Assembly (NCBI GenBank): GCA_965153455.1
Contig: OZ234493.1
Span: forward strand, 10,902,213 to 10,966,212
DNA: 64,000 nucleotides
Reading direction: 5' to 3'
Origin: Sphagnum compactum
Taxonomy: Eukaryota
Below, piece by piece: positions 13,001 through 26,949 of the stretch (within the stretch, counting starts at the first letter, position 1; the number at the start of each line of letters is the position of its first letter). The position numbers and the translations under genes are program-made. Under the pieces are notes generated by a model, which did no database searches, was not told the origin of the DNA, and worked only from the letters and a program-made list of their open reading frames with translations.

Positions 13001-16000
13001 GTATATTCTTGGCATACTTGTAAAAAAATGCACCTATGCCTGAAATCCACCAAATATATGCAGAAAAACAAATAGGTAATGTCTTGGGATGGGGGGAGCC
13101 ACTGCAGGTATCTTTGCAATTGCAATTGCTGCAGTTGCTGTCAGATCTCCAGCATGAGCAGGCCATCGCAGCCACACGAATAAAGGAAAGGGATAGAGCC
13201 ATCAAAAGAATGAAGGAAGTGGAGGTTGAAGTTGAGCATCTCCATTCTCAACTTCCTGTGTACAAACAAGAGAAGGAGAAAGCCAGCTGTGAGGTAAAAA
13301 ATCTGACACATTCTCAAGATGATCTATGCAAAACTTTGCCAATCCTATAACAATGAAGATAATTGTTTCAAAGAACCCAAGCAATATTTTGCCTTCCTAT
13401 GTACATTCATTATACATTCAAAAGATAGAGTCAGGCACTTGGTTAACTTGCAATGAGAAAGTCCTGCCAGTCCTCTGCTTAGTTATTTGTACCAAGATTG
13501 TCAAGGGACCTAGGTGATGTCTAACAAGAACCTTACAGACAAATCTCAGACATACGAACATGTGAGCTAAGAGAGAGACAGAGGGATAGACCTGGGAGGA
13601 ACAGGAACATGCATGAACCAATCTTTGGACTGCTGTATGGTCTGCAAATTTGCACAATAGTTGATTCGTGAGGAGGCTGAGAGGGAGACATGCACCACAC
13701 GTGCAGAAGAGCATCATCAGGAGTTTGAAATCTGCATGAGCAGCCTTCTTGTGGTGGACACTTTTGTGAATGAAGTAGCTGCTAAGCTGAGAGAGTCTAA
13801 TGCAAATGTAAGACAACAAGCACCATGACCTGTGGCCTGAGATTACACAGGAAATTGGTCTATGATGGTCTATGATGGTCCATGATTGCATGATTGAAGC
13901 TTAGGATGATTGTGCTAATCCCCTATAATCTAGAAGAGTTGGGTGGTGAGTTTTGCTGCAAATGGAAACCCTTAATGACTGCAACAGAATTGAGATTTCC
14001 TCAAAGATTCCATGCATTGTCTTCCTACAGAGAGTAGTGTGAAATTTGAAGCTCCTGGAAATTTACAGTAGAGAAAAAGTTTATCAGGAAGAATGCATTC
14101 CATCATGGTAAAGTTTGGGTTGTGTGAAGGTAGGTGCAAAAACTGGAGAAAGAAACAGTGGTCTGCATTGTGATGGAGCATAAGCAGGAGCAGCATATTA
14201 AAGAGCTCACAAATTTGAAGGAACGTTTTTCCCGTGCTGCTGCTGCAAAGGTACAGCCTGTTGTAGCCCTCAAAGTTGCAGGATGCATTTCCCACAACAG
14301 AAAGCTTGTTCTAGTCTTTATGCATATAATACCCAATATGTCACAACACTAAATCCTGCAATGGAGGCATTTCAAGTAGAATGATACAGGATTTGTGGTA
14401 ACAGCTTGCATCAGCAATGCAAATAATGGAGAGGGTGACTATAGAGACCTCATTCAGTGAAAGCTTCCAAAAGAGAATATTGGAGCTCCAGAAACGTTAC
14501 AATGAAGGCCAAGCACTGTATAATTTGATGTGCAGTCAACGAAATAATTACACCAAACTGATTCAGGTAATGTTGATAAAAAATCTACATTAATTAGTAA
14601 TCTTCATCAGAACAGTCTTCTCAGGAAAAAGCTGCAACTCTCCATGTTGAGGAGTGTCTTGACATCTGTAGAACTAAGTACACAGTACTAACATTTGCTT
14701 TCAACCCCTGGGAACAGTCATGTAAAGTAACCATTCTGGAGATGAAGGAGAAGGTTGTGGCATTGAGCCAGGAGGTGGAGATGCTCCAAAATGGAGCTCT
14801 GGATAAGGTCAAATGCCTTGGCAAGATGCATGGAATATATGTAGCCAGCCTTGAAGGTTGCTTCCAAGTGCGACATGAAATCACCAAGTGTAGACTAGCA
14901 CTGAAGGCAAAAAAGGTCTATTCTTGAGCCAATGTTGTGTAATACCCTAGGGCCATATGTACATGTTGCACTATACAAGACAACCAGAGACCAACTGCTG
15001 ACATGCTGGGAAGGTGGAATATACAAGTATGCACAAGAAAAAGGGAATGGTGTCAATGACAAAAAACCTATCATTGGCATGGCTTAGTGGCCATTGATAT
15101 TCTACAATATGTAAAAGCCACCTCTTGCAATGTGCTTCTGATTTTGTTTCCCATTTGACTGTGCTTAGGTCTAATTATCTGTTTGGAAACTTGAACTTCC
15201 AAAAATTGGTCATTCTCAGTTGTCTTGATGAATTTCTTTCACATGCTCACTTCTGTTGTTCCTAAAGGGCTCTGAGCTTCCATTGGTCATAGTTGTGTGT
15301 CTAGCAGTTAGTGAGAACATTCTCTGCTTTGCAGTACTCATGGCAGTCGGGTGGCTGGGCATCCCTTGCAGCATATTATCAATGAAGCAGTGGTGGAAGT
15401 GCTGAGATTACAAGAGTTCATCAGAAAAATAGGGAAAGGCAAGGTGAAGGCATGCAAAGAGTACTATCTGATTATGAAGGATCGCAATAACATTGGACTC
15501 TCTTACATCGATCGGAATGATGAACTTTGCATTCTCTATGAGAAATCGAATGTCCAGGTTTTGTCATGCTCCTCTGCCAGCTTTTCTAGGTGATGTAGAA
15601 GCAGTGCAAAATGGATTTTGAGCTCCTTGAAAGTGTACTTCTGTAGGTGAGTTAAATGTTGAAGGTTGATAGGTGTTTATTTTATAATTTATTTCAATTG
15701 ACAAAGTACTACTCCATATTCGAGTATCTGAACACTTTTGCATTACTCAGACAGTAGTGGCTGTGCAGGTGGATCTGTTAAAGAATTCAGGTCTTGAACT
15801 TATCAAACGCATGAATGAGATTACCCACCTGCAGCTTGCATGCAAGCTTACGCACAGTTCACTCAAAGCTGCTGAAAGGAATGCTCCTGACCCCACAGCA
15901 ACATATGCAGAGATTATCAGCCTCAAGAAGCAGGTAATTTCTCATTCTGACATTGTTTCAAGGTGAGAGGAGTACAGTCCAGGTTGAAAGGGATCAAGAA

Positions 16001-18190
16001 CCTTGGTCTTGAATAGAAAAATAGGACCTTACTTCAAGCTAATTTGCCTTGCATATCATCTTGCACTTTGTGCCCAAGTTCAAGTTTGATTTCATCTTTG
16101 AGCAATCACAACAAGGTCATAGATGTTTATGCTCCATGAGGATGGTCTACAGGCTTAACATCCTGCATATGTGCATAAAGAAGATGTAAAAATCACACCC
16201 AGTTAGTCAGGAAGTTTTGAACACGTCTATTTGCAGCAATATCTCTGATCAACTGCATTCAATAAACTCTATAAAGAAAATTCTGAGGAACATCTTTCAA
16301 GACTGTTAGCAGTGTAGTATCATTTGGAGAGGGATTCAGATTGATTTTATTGCCATGGTAAGGACTCATGTGATTGTATGGTGATGAAAGGTTGATAGAA
16401 TGAAATGGCATGTATGCCGCCTCTCAGAGTTTTGTGAGAATCCAATTCCTGGTGTAGAACGGTGCCTTTTACTCCCTGGAAATGATCTTAACAAGTCTGA
16501 CTTGGAAAGAAAAGCATCTGCCATTACAGAGCTTCTCTCGGCAAAAGAAGATGAAGCTGCAGAGAAGAACATTATTCTTGAAGAGGTGCTGCATTTACCA
16601 TGTCTTTTACATGCATAATCTTTCATGTATCACAAAGAAAAGTCTTCCTTGGGCATGCAATACAAAATGCAGGCCAAGGGACCAAAACCTCTGTCAACAT
16701 GTTGAAAAAATCTAGGAACTATGCATGAACATTCACAGTGTTTCCATTCTCCTTCAACAAAATTTCAAATGTGTGAACTTGCTTGCACCTTGATCTATGT
16801 TCAAAAAGTGTTGCATCCTTCTCTGTCTAGATGTGGAACCAAAGGAAAGAGCTTTTGCATGATGAATTCCGACTAAATTTTTTGTTGGTGGTCTTCTTCC
16901 AGGTGTTTGTTCTTGCTGACAAGATGATGCGAACAATTGCTATAGAATGGCAAACCTACAACACATTTGGTGAAAAGTTGAATGAGAAAAAGCAAAATGT
17001 GCAAACTGCTAACCGTAGAATCATTGCTACTTCTTCAGAGCTCTCTCTTATGCAGGTATTTGTTTTCAAATACAACTCTTCATAACTCATTGCTTGTACA
17101 CTCTATTCTGGTTTAAATCTTCAACAAGATTTACTTTGCACTAAGGTGACATGTTTGTCAAATGTAAAATTAGCAACAATGGTCCTTGAGTGTTATTCAC
17201 ACTTGCAAGCTCTCCATCTTGAAAATTTTGTTTTGTGATTTGACATGAATCCACCTGCATAACAAAACCAACTTGTTGTGCACAATATTCAAGAGTTTCT
17301 TGTAACCATGGCCTTGTGAGAAGCCAATCCTCCAAATAGTCTTGCAATGGGTAATCTTTTGAGTTTTGGGATATTGTTTGCTACATTTAGATTCATCAGT
17401 TTTGTTGTGACGTCATATAGGCAAGAGCCCACCATTTCCACAGAGAGAAACAAGCTGCAGGGGATCGTCTTAACCAAGCATACATACGTCTTAACATGGG
17501 ACAGGTTTGCACCTATCCTAGGAATTCAATTGCCATTTGGCTTCTTTGAAACATTTTCAAGGCAATTCAGTAACCCTCCCACAAAATAAGAGTTGGCATG
17601 TAACTATTCTTTGAATAGGGGATTAACAGGTAACATATATGGCCCAACATCTTGCTAACTGTATTTTGGTAATAATCTACTTTTGTTGCATTGTGTAGGC
17701 CCCAACAAATGATATAGAGAAGAAAATGAAACAAATGGAATCTCAATCACTCTATTGTTTGATGCAACGACCCCAGTACTATCAAAAAACCCTATCTCAT
17801 GTTTTCCCACTCATTGTCTTCCTTGTTTTGCAATAGGATATATGGACAATCATTCTATCGTGTAGTATTTTCCACCCACACTTGGTGTTGAATTGCATTC
17901 CTTACTAACAAATCAGCAATGCAAGTAGTATGATAGGCCATATACGAAAATCCCATAGATACACAATTCAAGATATAATAGTATAGGTAGTAGATTATTT
18001 TGAAATTGAAATTATGTGAAAATTGTGCAGGACTACACCATTGACAAGACCAGAGAAACGACCAAATGCCTACATTGGGGAGGCATTAGGAGTGCCTTTG
18101 CCATTTGGGGCACAATCTCCCTTTAGACCATCATTGCATCAAACTAGTAGTCTTCGACAAACACGGAGACCAGGAACTGCAAAGAGCTAA
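10038..18190 (+). CDS. CCDC146: Coiled-coil flagellar protein, CCDC146/MBO2-like (many short exons)
   Basis: Start MDNQNTSQEEIEDPE (ATG 10038). Exon translations include GYIKQEHANFLKQK|FEDL, PEKTRKQ, LYNLMCSQRNNYTKLIQ, EMKEKVVALSQEVEML, DRNNIGLSYIDRNDELCILYEKSNVQ, and terminal RPNAYIGEALGVPLPFGAQSPFRPS (TAA 18188-18190). These match motifs I recall from the CCDC146 family. Not every internal splice site was resolved. Confidence 0.85.
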
Positions 18191-20399
18191 ACCCAATCAT
18201 CCTCTTCAAGCAAACTACTCTGAAAGTTGAACAATCATACAAACAACAAACAAACCACATCTCCTTGGGAGGAGGAGGAGGAAGGATGGGGGAAATGATG
18301 AAGGTATGTACAATCAAAAAGTCTCATTCAAAGTTCTTTCTTTTTTCTTCCCATTAATGGTCAGGGGTTTGGTGCACCTAGAAGAACATGACCACAATGA
18401 TATTAAATCTAACATTTTCAAGGGATGTACAAAGAGCTGATATCATCAAATGGATTTGATAACTACATTCAGCACCAAATAGGGGATGTTGTGGATGTTC
18501 ATTGTTCTACATCTACACCAAATTGGAGAGAAATTTTCCTTATGCGACAAGCATGTTATGGACCCAACTTTGCATCATATAGTTTTGTGCTAGTACTTAA
18601 ATTGATTCCTTTTTTTCATACACAAAAATTAAGAACATCCAACCTCTCTTGAAGATATGATGGTTCTTCTTGTTATGGATACTTGTTAAAGGTTCTCTAG
18701 GTTGATTGATATCATAGGATTGGAGCTCCATCCTATGATCAAATGCTAAGGACTTGGCACTATGAGGATCATAACTTTGAGTTGAATAAGATTATCACAA
18801 TGTTAAAGTTCCAATGATATATCATTGTTGTTGTTTGTGTTATTTTTTCAAGGTCCAAGAAAATCAAGTAGGATAGTGTAACAAATGAATTGATGTGCTT
18901 TGAAGTAATCGATTTTGGCATGACGATTGCTTCACATTGAACAAGATCATGACCTTCATGTTCCAATGCAACCTTCCTAAGTTACTACAGTTTTATTTCG
19001 TTTTGTTTCATGAGTTTTGTATGGTTCAAAAAACATCATAACTTGAGATGCATTGTAGCATACATCTCAAATTCACAATTCAAAAGTATAAAATGGAATT
19101 GGCATGACTATGAAAGCAAATTATGAGTTCAATTTTATTTTATGGGTAACATTTAATGTCACAATTCCAATCTTGAGATTGTGATCAAAACTTACAAGTA
19201 AACATAAGAGCAAATATGCCTTGACGTGTTGTGTGAGTCTAGACCAATGTTTACTACATCCAAAAGAGCATGCAAGTTATTTCTTCACCTTCACCCATAA
19301 ACATGAAATATTGAATAGTGTATAGTGAGAATCAATTAAATACCATCATCACATGGGCCAATCATTGTGATTAATTAATCAAAGTTAATTGTATCACTAT
19401 ATTGACCTTTTTAAACAACACTACATCCTATGCATGTTTTAAGCATACTTATTAATTTGTATTGATCCAAAAGAATAAGGAATGCACCGCATGTTTATGT
19501 AGTTTTCCTACAAGTAACCACACATAAATATTGTTTATACTAGTTGGCAAATTGTAGGGATGCGTCATATTATGTGAGAACTCAAAGTAAAGAGTTTTGG
19601 TGAATTAACCATGTTTAAATACTATGATTAAAATGACATGAATGATGCAAGTTTTATGCAAATAAACCCACATTAAGACAATTTTTTTAATAAATAAAAT
19701 TACCAAAAAAAAAAAACCTTGTGATGATTAGAAAGCTCAAATTGAATTCACATGGATTGAATAATGTGAAGATTGACGTATTTAAAAACAATCGTCATGA
19801 CAATGAATACAATGAATATGACTTATGAGGGACTTATGCAAATAATTTTCATTGCATAAAAAATTGTACATTTCATAAAATTAAGTATTGAATTTAAACA
19901 AATGGTGAATATTATTCAATTGGGGTGGGGGGCAACAAGGTAAGTGGGGTTCAAGTTTTAAAAAGTTATGTTAGAATTATGTACATTAAGGACCTTGTCC
20001 CTATGACAATAATTGATTTGACATGCATGCAAGTCATTAATAAGTTTTTATAAGTAAATGTAAGCATATATGCAAGGAATTAACCCAATGGACAAGCTAG
20101 TGTACATTATGAAAAGAAAAAAAATGATTGCAAATCTAACAACTTGCATCATAAACTTGAACCTCAAGTAAAAGCCTAGAAATCAAATGCCTACCAACAT
20201 AAGCAACATCTATAAGGAATAAACACATGAATGTACACCTAAATTACAAAGCAATTTACAAGCAATAAATATGAAAATACGATGGTAATAAAAAAGATAA
20301 CAAAACTTGCTTTCAACAACTATAAAATATTTACAAGTACTAAATTTAAGGGTGCAATTTTACAAACATGTGATTAAAACCAAGTTTCCTTAACTAGGA

Positions 20400-22070
20400 A
20401 AAAAAGTATTTCAATAAGGCCATGTGTGCAAGGAAAGTTTCTTTTGCAATCCATTTCGACCAATATTGTGTGTATATTATTCCAAATGCATCCATGACAT
20501 CTTGTGCTAGGAACCTATTTTCCAACCCATCATTGACATTCATTGTTGCCTTTGAATAATGCCTTTGCACCTTGTTAATGGTGTGCTAAAACAAAACTTT
20601 AGTAACATGAACATATTCACCAATGTGAGGGCAAATACAATGCATGATAATAAAAATCCTAGCAATTTTGATTTCATATTCTCCAACCCAATGTTTAAAT
20701 CAACACCTGACTTATGGATCACAATATATGATTATGTCCCATTCAAAAGGTTATGATATCCATGAAGACATCATCCATGCAGGCAATTTGTGGATCCATG
20801 TACCATGCACATGAGTAATTTTAACACAATTCTACAACAACTAAAAAATCACACATAAACCGACCCCAATGTTGACTAAACTTAATGAATTAATTTAGTG
20901 CTTCTAACATTGGCATCACACATGAAAGTCCCAACATTACTTTTAAATCACATAACAACTAGAAGTTATTGGTAGCTTGTGATTGGTGGATGCATCTTGA
21001 TGACCAAAGCTTTATGTTCCTTTAAAACCTCCTTAGCTAGTAGTAGCATCAAAATCCACCTTGTTTTATATTTCATTGAAAAAAAAAAACCCTTTGATTC
21101 CATGATGTTAGCAAGCTCAAGAACTCTTATGTTTTTTTAGGATTAAGAAACAAAAATTGTAAAGGCTTTGCAATACATCTTCAATCTTGCCCATATTGCC
21201 TATCTTGGAAAGAGTTTGCAATGCCAAGTTGGTGTGATGGCTCATGCAATGCACCCCAATGAGGAAGGTGACATTTTGCTCCTTTAACTAAACTATCACC
21301 CCTATTCTTACACCTTGTAAAATGTTGAGCCCATTAGCCCCAAAGGTTATGAGTTTGGAAGCAATGTCGTCATTTGTCAAACCTCCATATTTTTCAATCG
21401 CATCAACTAGCACTCGTTTTAGGTTTAAAAAATGGCACCATCAACCATTATTTCCAAGGACAAAAACAAAGGTTTATGCTACCAATCTTTGACTACATAT
21501 GCCTAAATGAAGTCTCATGGTTACTAATCACTAATAATATTCTCATCATATGATAGAGACAAAAATTTAGCACTTCAACCATGGATCTAGTCTCCCCAAT
21601 GACCAGTTGGTGCAAAAATTCAACCATGGTCCAACTTGTAGAATTGAACCAATGCATTTTAAGGAAATTCTTGGCATTGAAAAAACATAGTAACTCACCT
21701 TCAAATAACATGTGAAATCAAAGAACAAATTGAACAAGTTTGTTCACCTATCTTATATTGCACCATACTATAGTTGATTCAATACATTGCATCGACTTGT
21801 AATTGCATATAAACATTTTTTTTTTTTGCATAGATAAACTCTTTGTTCACATTAAAAACTCTCTAGGTTTACACACACCAAGGATTGTGGCTACTGCTTT
21901 CCTCCTCCCACCATGTTTGAGCAAGTTGTCTAACTTGGGAACTAAGAGCTTTTCTTTGCCCTCAATTTTAGTACATGCTTAACATCTAACTAGATGCACC
22001 TAAGCATCCCATCCAACAACAAATTAAGTCCATGGGAACTTGGTTCTTTAAACATTTTAAAATACTTTGC
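20400..22070 (-). pseudogene. Decayed hAT-family transposase (ZNF862/C17orf113-like)
   Basis: Minus-strand fragments with stops and frameshifts: FPW..VRC*ACTKIEGKEKLLVPKLDNLLKHGGRRKA (zinc finger), GGLTNDDIASKLITFGANG, IGVHCMSHHTNLALQTLS (CxxHxxNL) and RFLAQDVMDAFGIIYTQYW. Boundaries are approximate. Confidence 0.8.
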
Positions 22071-23928
22071 TTTGTTCACATTTTTTCTCTTTTTTTTGTA
22101 TATCTAAATAGATCTTCTTGGGAGGGAAGGATAGCTTGAGGTGGTGTTTGTTGGTTAGATGAAGGTAATGTTGGATCAATAGCAAGAAAATGCCAAAAAA
22201 ATTTGTTTGAATTAAAAAATTTGAGAGCAAAATTTAAGGTTGGTGTCACAATTTACACATCAAGGTGCAATAAGATAAAGAAAAACCTTAGTTTAGTAAA
22301 CCCAACTTGAATGAAACAATTACAATTGCCTTCTATTGACTTTATAAAGGCATCAAGTCGAGAACCAAAATGCACACACAAGCAAAAATTTAAGAAATTC
22401 AAAAGGCATATGAACTAAGGAAATAAAAAACAAGATGGGGGTGTGAATTTGAATTACAATTTCATAGTCTTGGACCCCAAGAAATCTCTTGCAAATGCTT
22501 TCCATTCAATACCTTCATGCTCTCTATGATACTCTATAATCAATGTCCCACTAGCCAATGATAGTTACACTACTACAAGAAATTTAGTTAATTATCAAGA
22601 ATAAAACCCACCCATCCACCCACCCATCCAAATTCCAATGACCATGGCCCATATTCCATTAGTATGAGTTAATGCAACAAAAGGAATATTAAATTTAATA
22701 ACAAACCTTTGGATTTCGAATTACAAATTTTGCACAAACTTATCAAACAAGCAAAAGAACATAGTTTGAAGGGCCAATAGTAAGCTCTAGCAAGTGGAGC
22801 TTTTAGGCCCACTTTAAAGTTTTTAAAAAAATCTTTCACATGATAACTAAAACAAAAACTCATTTGAAATGATGAACATTGAAAGTTGAAATGCATAATG
22901 CACACATTGGGTTATGGAATTGAAAAAAGAAATCTAATGTGACAACAAAAACCAAGCAAAGTCGTTACATGTGTTTGTCATTCAAACCTTCCATGCTCTC
23001 TACATGATGTTTCATAATGAATTTCTCATTAACAACTACATTATTCATTAACACTAAAGGAACATGACACGTTATTTAATATTCATTACCTTGAAAAAAT
23101 AAATGGCAAACATGTTTTGAAGAATGTAACCACTTGTGTTGATGGGCACCTTATTGTTGGTGAAAACAATTGGCAATTTTGAGGAAAATGGAGGTTGGTT
23201 TGGTGAAGTGGAATTTGGGGTTAAGGCCTTAACTACAAGGATGGCTTGGATGGAGCCATTTGGCACCTTCCCTTTGTTTCAAGTTGCTACATAAAGTGAT
23301 TAAGAGGTATGAAACTAGGTTATTTGGCAAGCCCCTACCTTTAGGGTGTAGCCATGTGGGGTGAAGGGGCATAATTTACCACCATTTTGAAATGTACATG
23401 TAGACGACCCTATTTCAAGGTCAAAAGTTAGCAATTTTTCACCAATAAAAAAATTGTTGAAATTCAATTTTGTAAAGCATTTGTACAAATTTCCAAGTGT
23501 ATTTGGAGGGCACTTTATATTTTATATTTTTCAATATCCCTTTGAGAAAAGAGCAAAGATAATTTTTTGGGACATTCCCATTATGCGAGGGTTGGCTCAA
23601 GTTATTTATTTATTTATTTATTTATTATGTCACCAATTTTATGATTTAATTCTTTAAATCATGAAATTGGTGACATAATAAATTAAATTTTTTTGAAGAA
23701 AAATATTTTAAAATGGAATTGTTTTGGGATTTTCAATGCATTTACTAGTTCTATGTGTTTAGTGAGTATAATTAGTGAAGTCTAATCCTGTATTAGCAGA
23801 TGTAGATTAGATTAGTCCCATGATTAGGGCACACTGCACAATCTTGGCTACTTGCGTTTTGTAGTAGTCTATTGCTGCAGTGTTGGGGGTTTTTTTGCTT
23901 TCGCAACGAGCTTCCAACGATTGACGCC

Positions 23929-26900
23929 ATGGCGGCTGCGGCGGAGGATCCAGTAGCTGCATCCGAAATCTCTCCTGTCCCTGCACCTTCCTCTTCGTCT
24001 GTGGAGACTGCCTTCTCGAGGTATGCATGCACACAAGCCGCCCTGCTTTGTTTTTTTTTCCCTCTTTGTCTCTGTGTCTGTCTCTGTGTTTGTCCTCTCA
24101 TCGGAGATTTGTGTAGTGGAAGGTTTGTGATTTTAGGGTTTAGAGCTGGAGTTCATGGGGTTTATGCCTCTCATGTGTTTTTTTTTTTTTTTTGGGGTAG
24201 GTGGTTACGACTGGTCTGGTGTTTGATTGTTTGTGATTTCGGCAGAATGAGTTTGGATGAGAAGTATGAGCTGGTGCTGAGCGTTGGAGAGGAATGCATT
24301 CAGAAGGAAGAGCTCCGGAACCTGTTGGAGAAGAAGGTGAATCCTATTTGTTATGATGGGTTTGAACCCTCTGGCAGAATGCACATTGCCCAGGTATGTT
24401 ATGTATGTTGCACACACAGCCTGGATATTGATTGATTTGGATTGTAGTGGATTTTGGGGGTCTGAAGGAAAAAGCAGAGGCTTTTTTTTGGGGGGGGGGG
24501 TTTCCCCTTCTTGTTGTTGTGGGTTTTTGCTCTTGACATGACATGTTGTTCACAGTGGGTTGTGCACAGTTGAATCTAGCCTTTTATTTGTGGTCTTTTT
24601 GTGTAATGTGGCAGTTTTTGAGTTTATTTTGCAGGGGGTAATGAAGGCTCTGAATGTCAACAAGTTGACAAGGTCAGGTTGTGTGTTCAAGTTCTGGGTT
24701 GCGGACTGGTTTGCACAGCTCAATAACAAGATGGGAGGTGACTTGAAGAAGATCCAAACAGTCGGCCGCTACATGATTGAGGTCTGGAAGGCTGTTGGCA
24801 TGGAGTTGGATCGAGTTGAGTTCCTGTGGTCATCCGAGGAAATCAATGCAAGGTCAGGAGAGTATTGGCCTCTTGTCATGGACATTGCACGCCGCAATAA
24901 TCTTGCTCGAATTATCAGGTTGGTCAACTCATCTGGAACACTGCTCCTGTGTTTAGTTCTCCATGCAGATGGTTTGGGGTTTAGGGTTTTGACTGGGCAG
25001 TTCAGTAATGTGCACCATGTCTGCAGATGTTTTGCAGGCACTGTTTTACTCTTTAGATTTTGAAAGTATTCTATTCCCCATGCAAAATTGCATATTTTAT
25101 GCAGGTGTTCTCAAATCATGGGGCGCAATGAAACAGATGAATTGTCAGCTGCACAGATTTTCTATCCCTGCATGCAGTGTGCTGATATCTTCTTTCTCAA
25201 GGTGTGGTCACTCATTCATGCCAGGCATCCCATTCACATGGTCCAACTTTGCTGATCACAAGCTCTATCTGCAGCTTCAGATTCCAAATGATGATGCACA
25301 TCTTGCTCTGCACTTAATTAATTGGTCATGCTCGGGGGCATCATATGCAGGCGGATATCTGCCAGTTAGGTATGGATCAACGGAAGGTCAATGTTCTTGC
25401 TCGAGAATACTGTACTGATATCAAGCGCAAAAATAAGCCCATTATTCTTTCACACCGTATCCTGGTTTCAACTATTTCAAGGTGTTGCATCATGTTCAAG
25501 TTCTGTATGATATAAAGTAAGCTAGATATGTGGTGTAAAAGACCAAGGCTTTGTCATTATCACTGGTCTCCCTGTGGTTCACTACTTCACTGAAATGTTT
25601 GATTTCATCAGCTTTTATTTCCTCAACTGGGTGTCAGATATGCTCCCTGGTCTTAAGCAGGGTCAGGAAAAGATGTCCAAGAGTGATCCAAATTCAGCTA
25701 TATTTATGGAGGATGAAGAGGTAAGATAGATTTGGCTGCCACTAGATAGAGACTAGCATCCTTTATGCATCCATGCGCAGTGCTTATGAAGGTCTATCTG
25801 ATTCTTTATGTTATTGCTCTCACTGTGGTGCTTCTTTTACATGCAGCATGATGTGAACTTGAAGATCAAACAAGCATACTGTCCGCCCCAGATTATTGAG
25901 GCAAACCCATGTGTTGAGTATGTCCAGTATATTGTTCTACCATGGTTCCAGGAATTTGAGGTCCAAAGAGGGGAAAAGAATGGGGGCAATAAGTATGTCT
26001 ACCCTTCCTTTAATCATCCTGGCAGATAGGGCATGGGTCATGCAAAGGTTGTTATAGGTTACCTGTCAGAACCTCATGCATTTTCAGACTGAGAATGGTG
26101 TATACTGGCTGGAGATGGATCCCTTGTATGTGTGCTAATTTGTGCAGTGTAATGGTGGCCTCTTTTGCTTATTGTAACTAACTTTATGGCTGATTTTTGT
26201 GTCTTTTGGTATTCTGAGACAAGATTGATCCTCTTGGACATCCCTGTACTTTTTTGGGAATATTTTAGTGGGGATTTTGTGCCCTGGATATCCAGTACCT
26301 CTGTGTAAATTATGAGGGGTGTCAGAACACTGAACAGGTGTCAATATTGCCTGCAGAGTGTACACAACAATAGAGGAGCTGCACAGTGATTATACAGAAG
26401 GACTATTGCATCCTGGTGATCTGAAGCCTGCTCTGGCAAAGGCCTTGAACAAGATTTTGCAGGTAAAATATTTCCATATCTTTGCTGGCCTTTGGAAGAC
26501 AATTGCTAGTTTCAGCAAGTCCTTTCAGTGAGGATAAACAATCTTATTCTTTGAATGGGTCTTGATTGCAGCCCGTGCGAGATCATTTCAAGAACAATGC
26601 TGCAGCAAGGGACTTATTGAAGACAGTCAAGGTATAGTAACTTCTGTTTCTTTTGCCTGCTGAAACTATATGTGTTGGTTTGTGATATTTGGGTTCAATT
26701 TACTGGTGAGCTGCTAGCATAGACTGCTTCCTGGTAGGAGATCATCTTAGGTCCTTCCAAGTGCAAGATGGTTACATGATGCACAGCAAGTATGTTTTCT
26801 GTGGATTCTGATTGCTGATTAAGGTGAGGCAGTTTCTGAAGTTGAAAGAAAAGGGTCAGTTGATCAAATTGGAAAAGAGAGCTCCTTTTTGTGGTTAATG

Positions 26901-26949
26901 ACTTCATGTTTCTTGCATTTGTGAACAGGGATACAAAGTCACAAGGTAA
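23929..26949 (+). CDS. TyrRS: Tyrosyl-tRNA synthetase, cytosolic (archaeal/eukaryotic type)
   Basis: Ten exons: 23929-24020, 24246-24393, 24635-24918, 25105-25201, 25351-25456, 25638-25720, 25847-25992, 26357-26462, 26572-26631, 26929-26949. Motifs CYDGFEPSGRMHIAQ (HIGH-like), YPCMQCAD, QLGMDQRK, KMSKS and LHPGDLKP. Ends GYKVTR*. Confidence 0.96.
25457..25637 (+). other. Putative U12-type (minor spliceosome) GT-AG intron in TyrRS
   Basis: Donor GTATCCTGG (consensus RTATCCTTT). Branch site TTTCCTCAAC at 25618-25627 (consensus TTCCTTRAC), about 10 nt before the CAG acceptor, with no polypyrimidine tract. Splicing restores ILSHHMLPGL. Confidence 0.8.

Noticed and set aside
22568..22584. CACTACTACAAGAAA CACTA-like terminus
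   Set aside because: No matching inverted end or TSD was found in the window.
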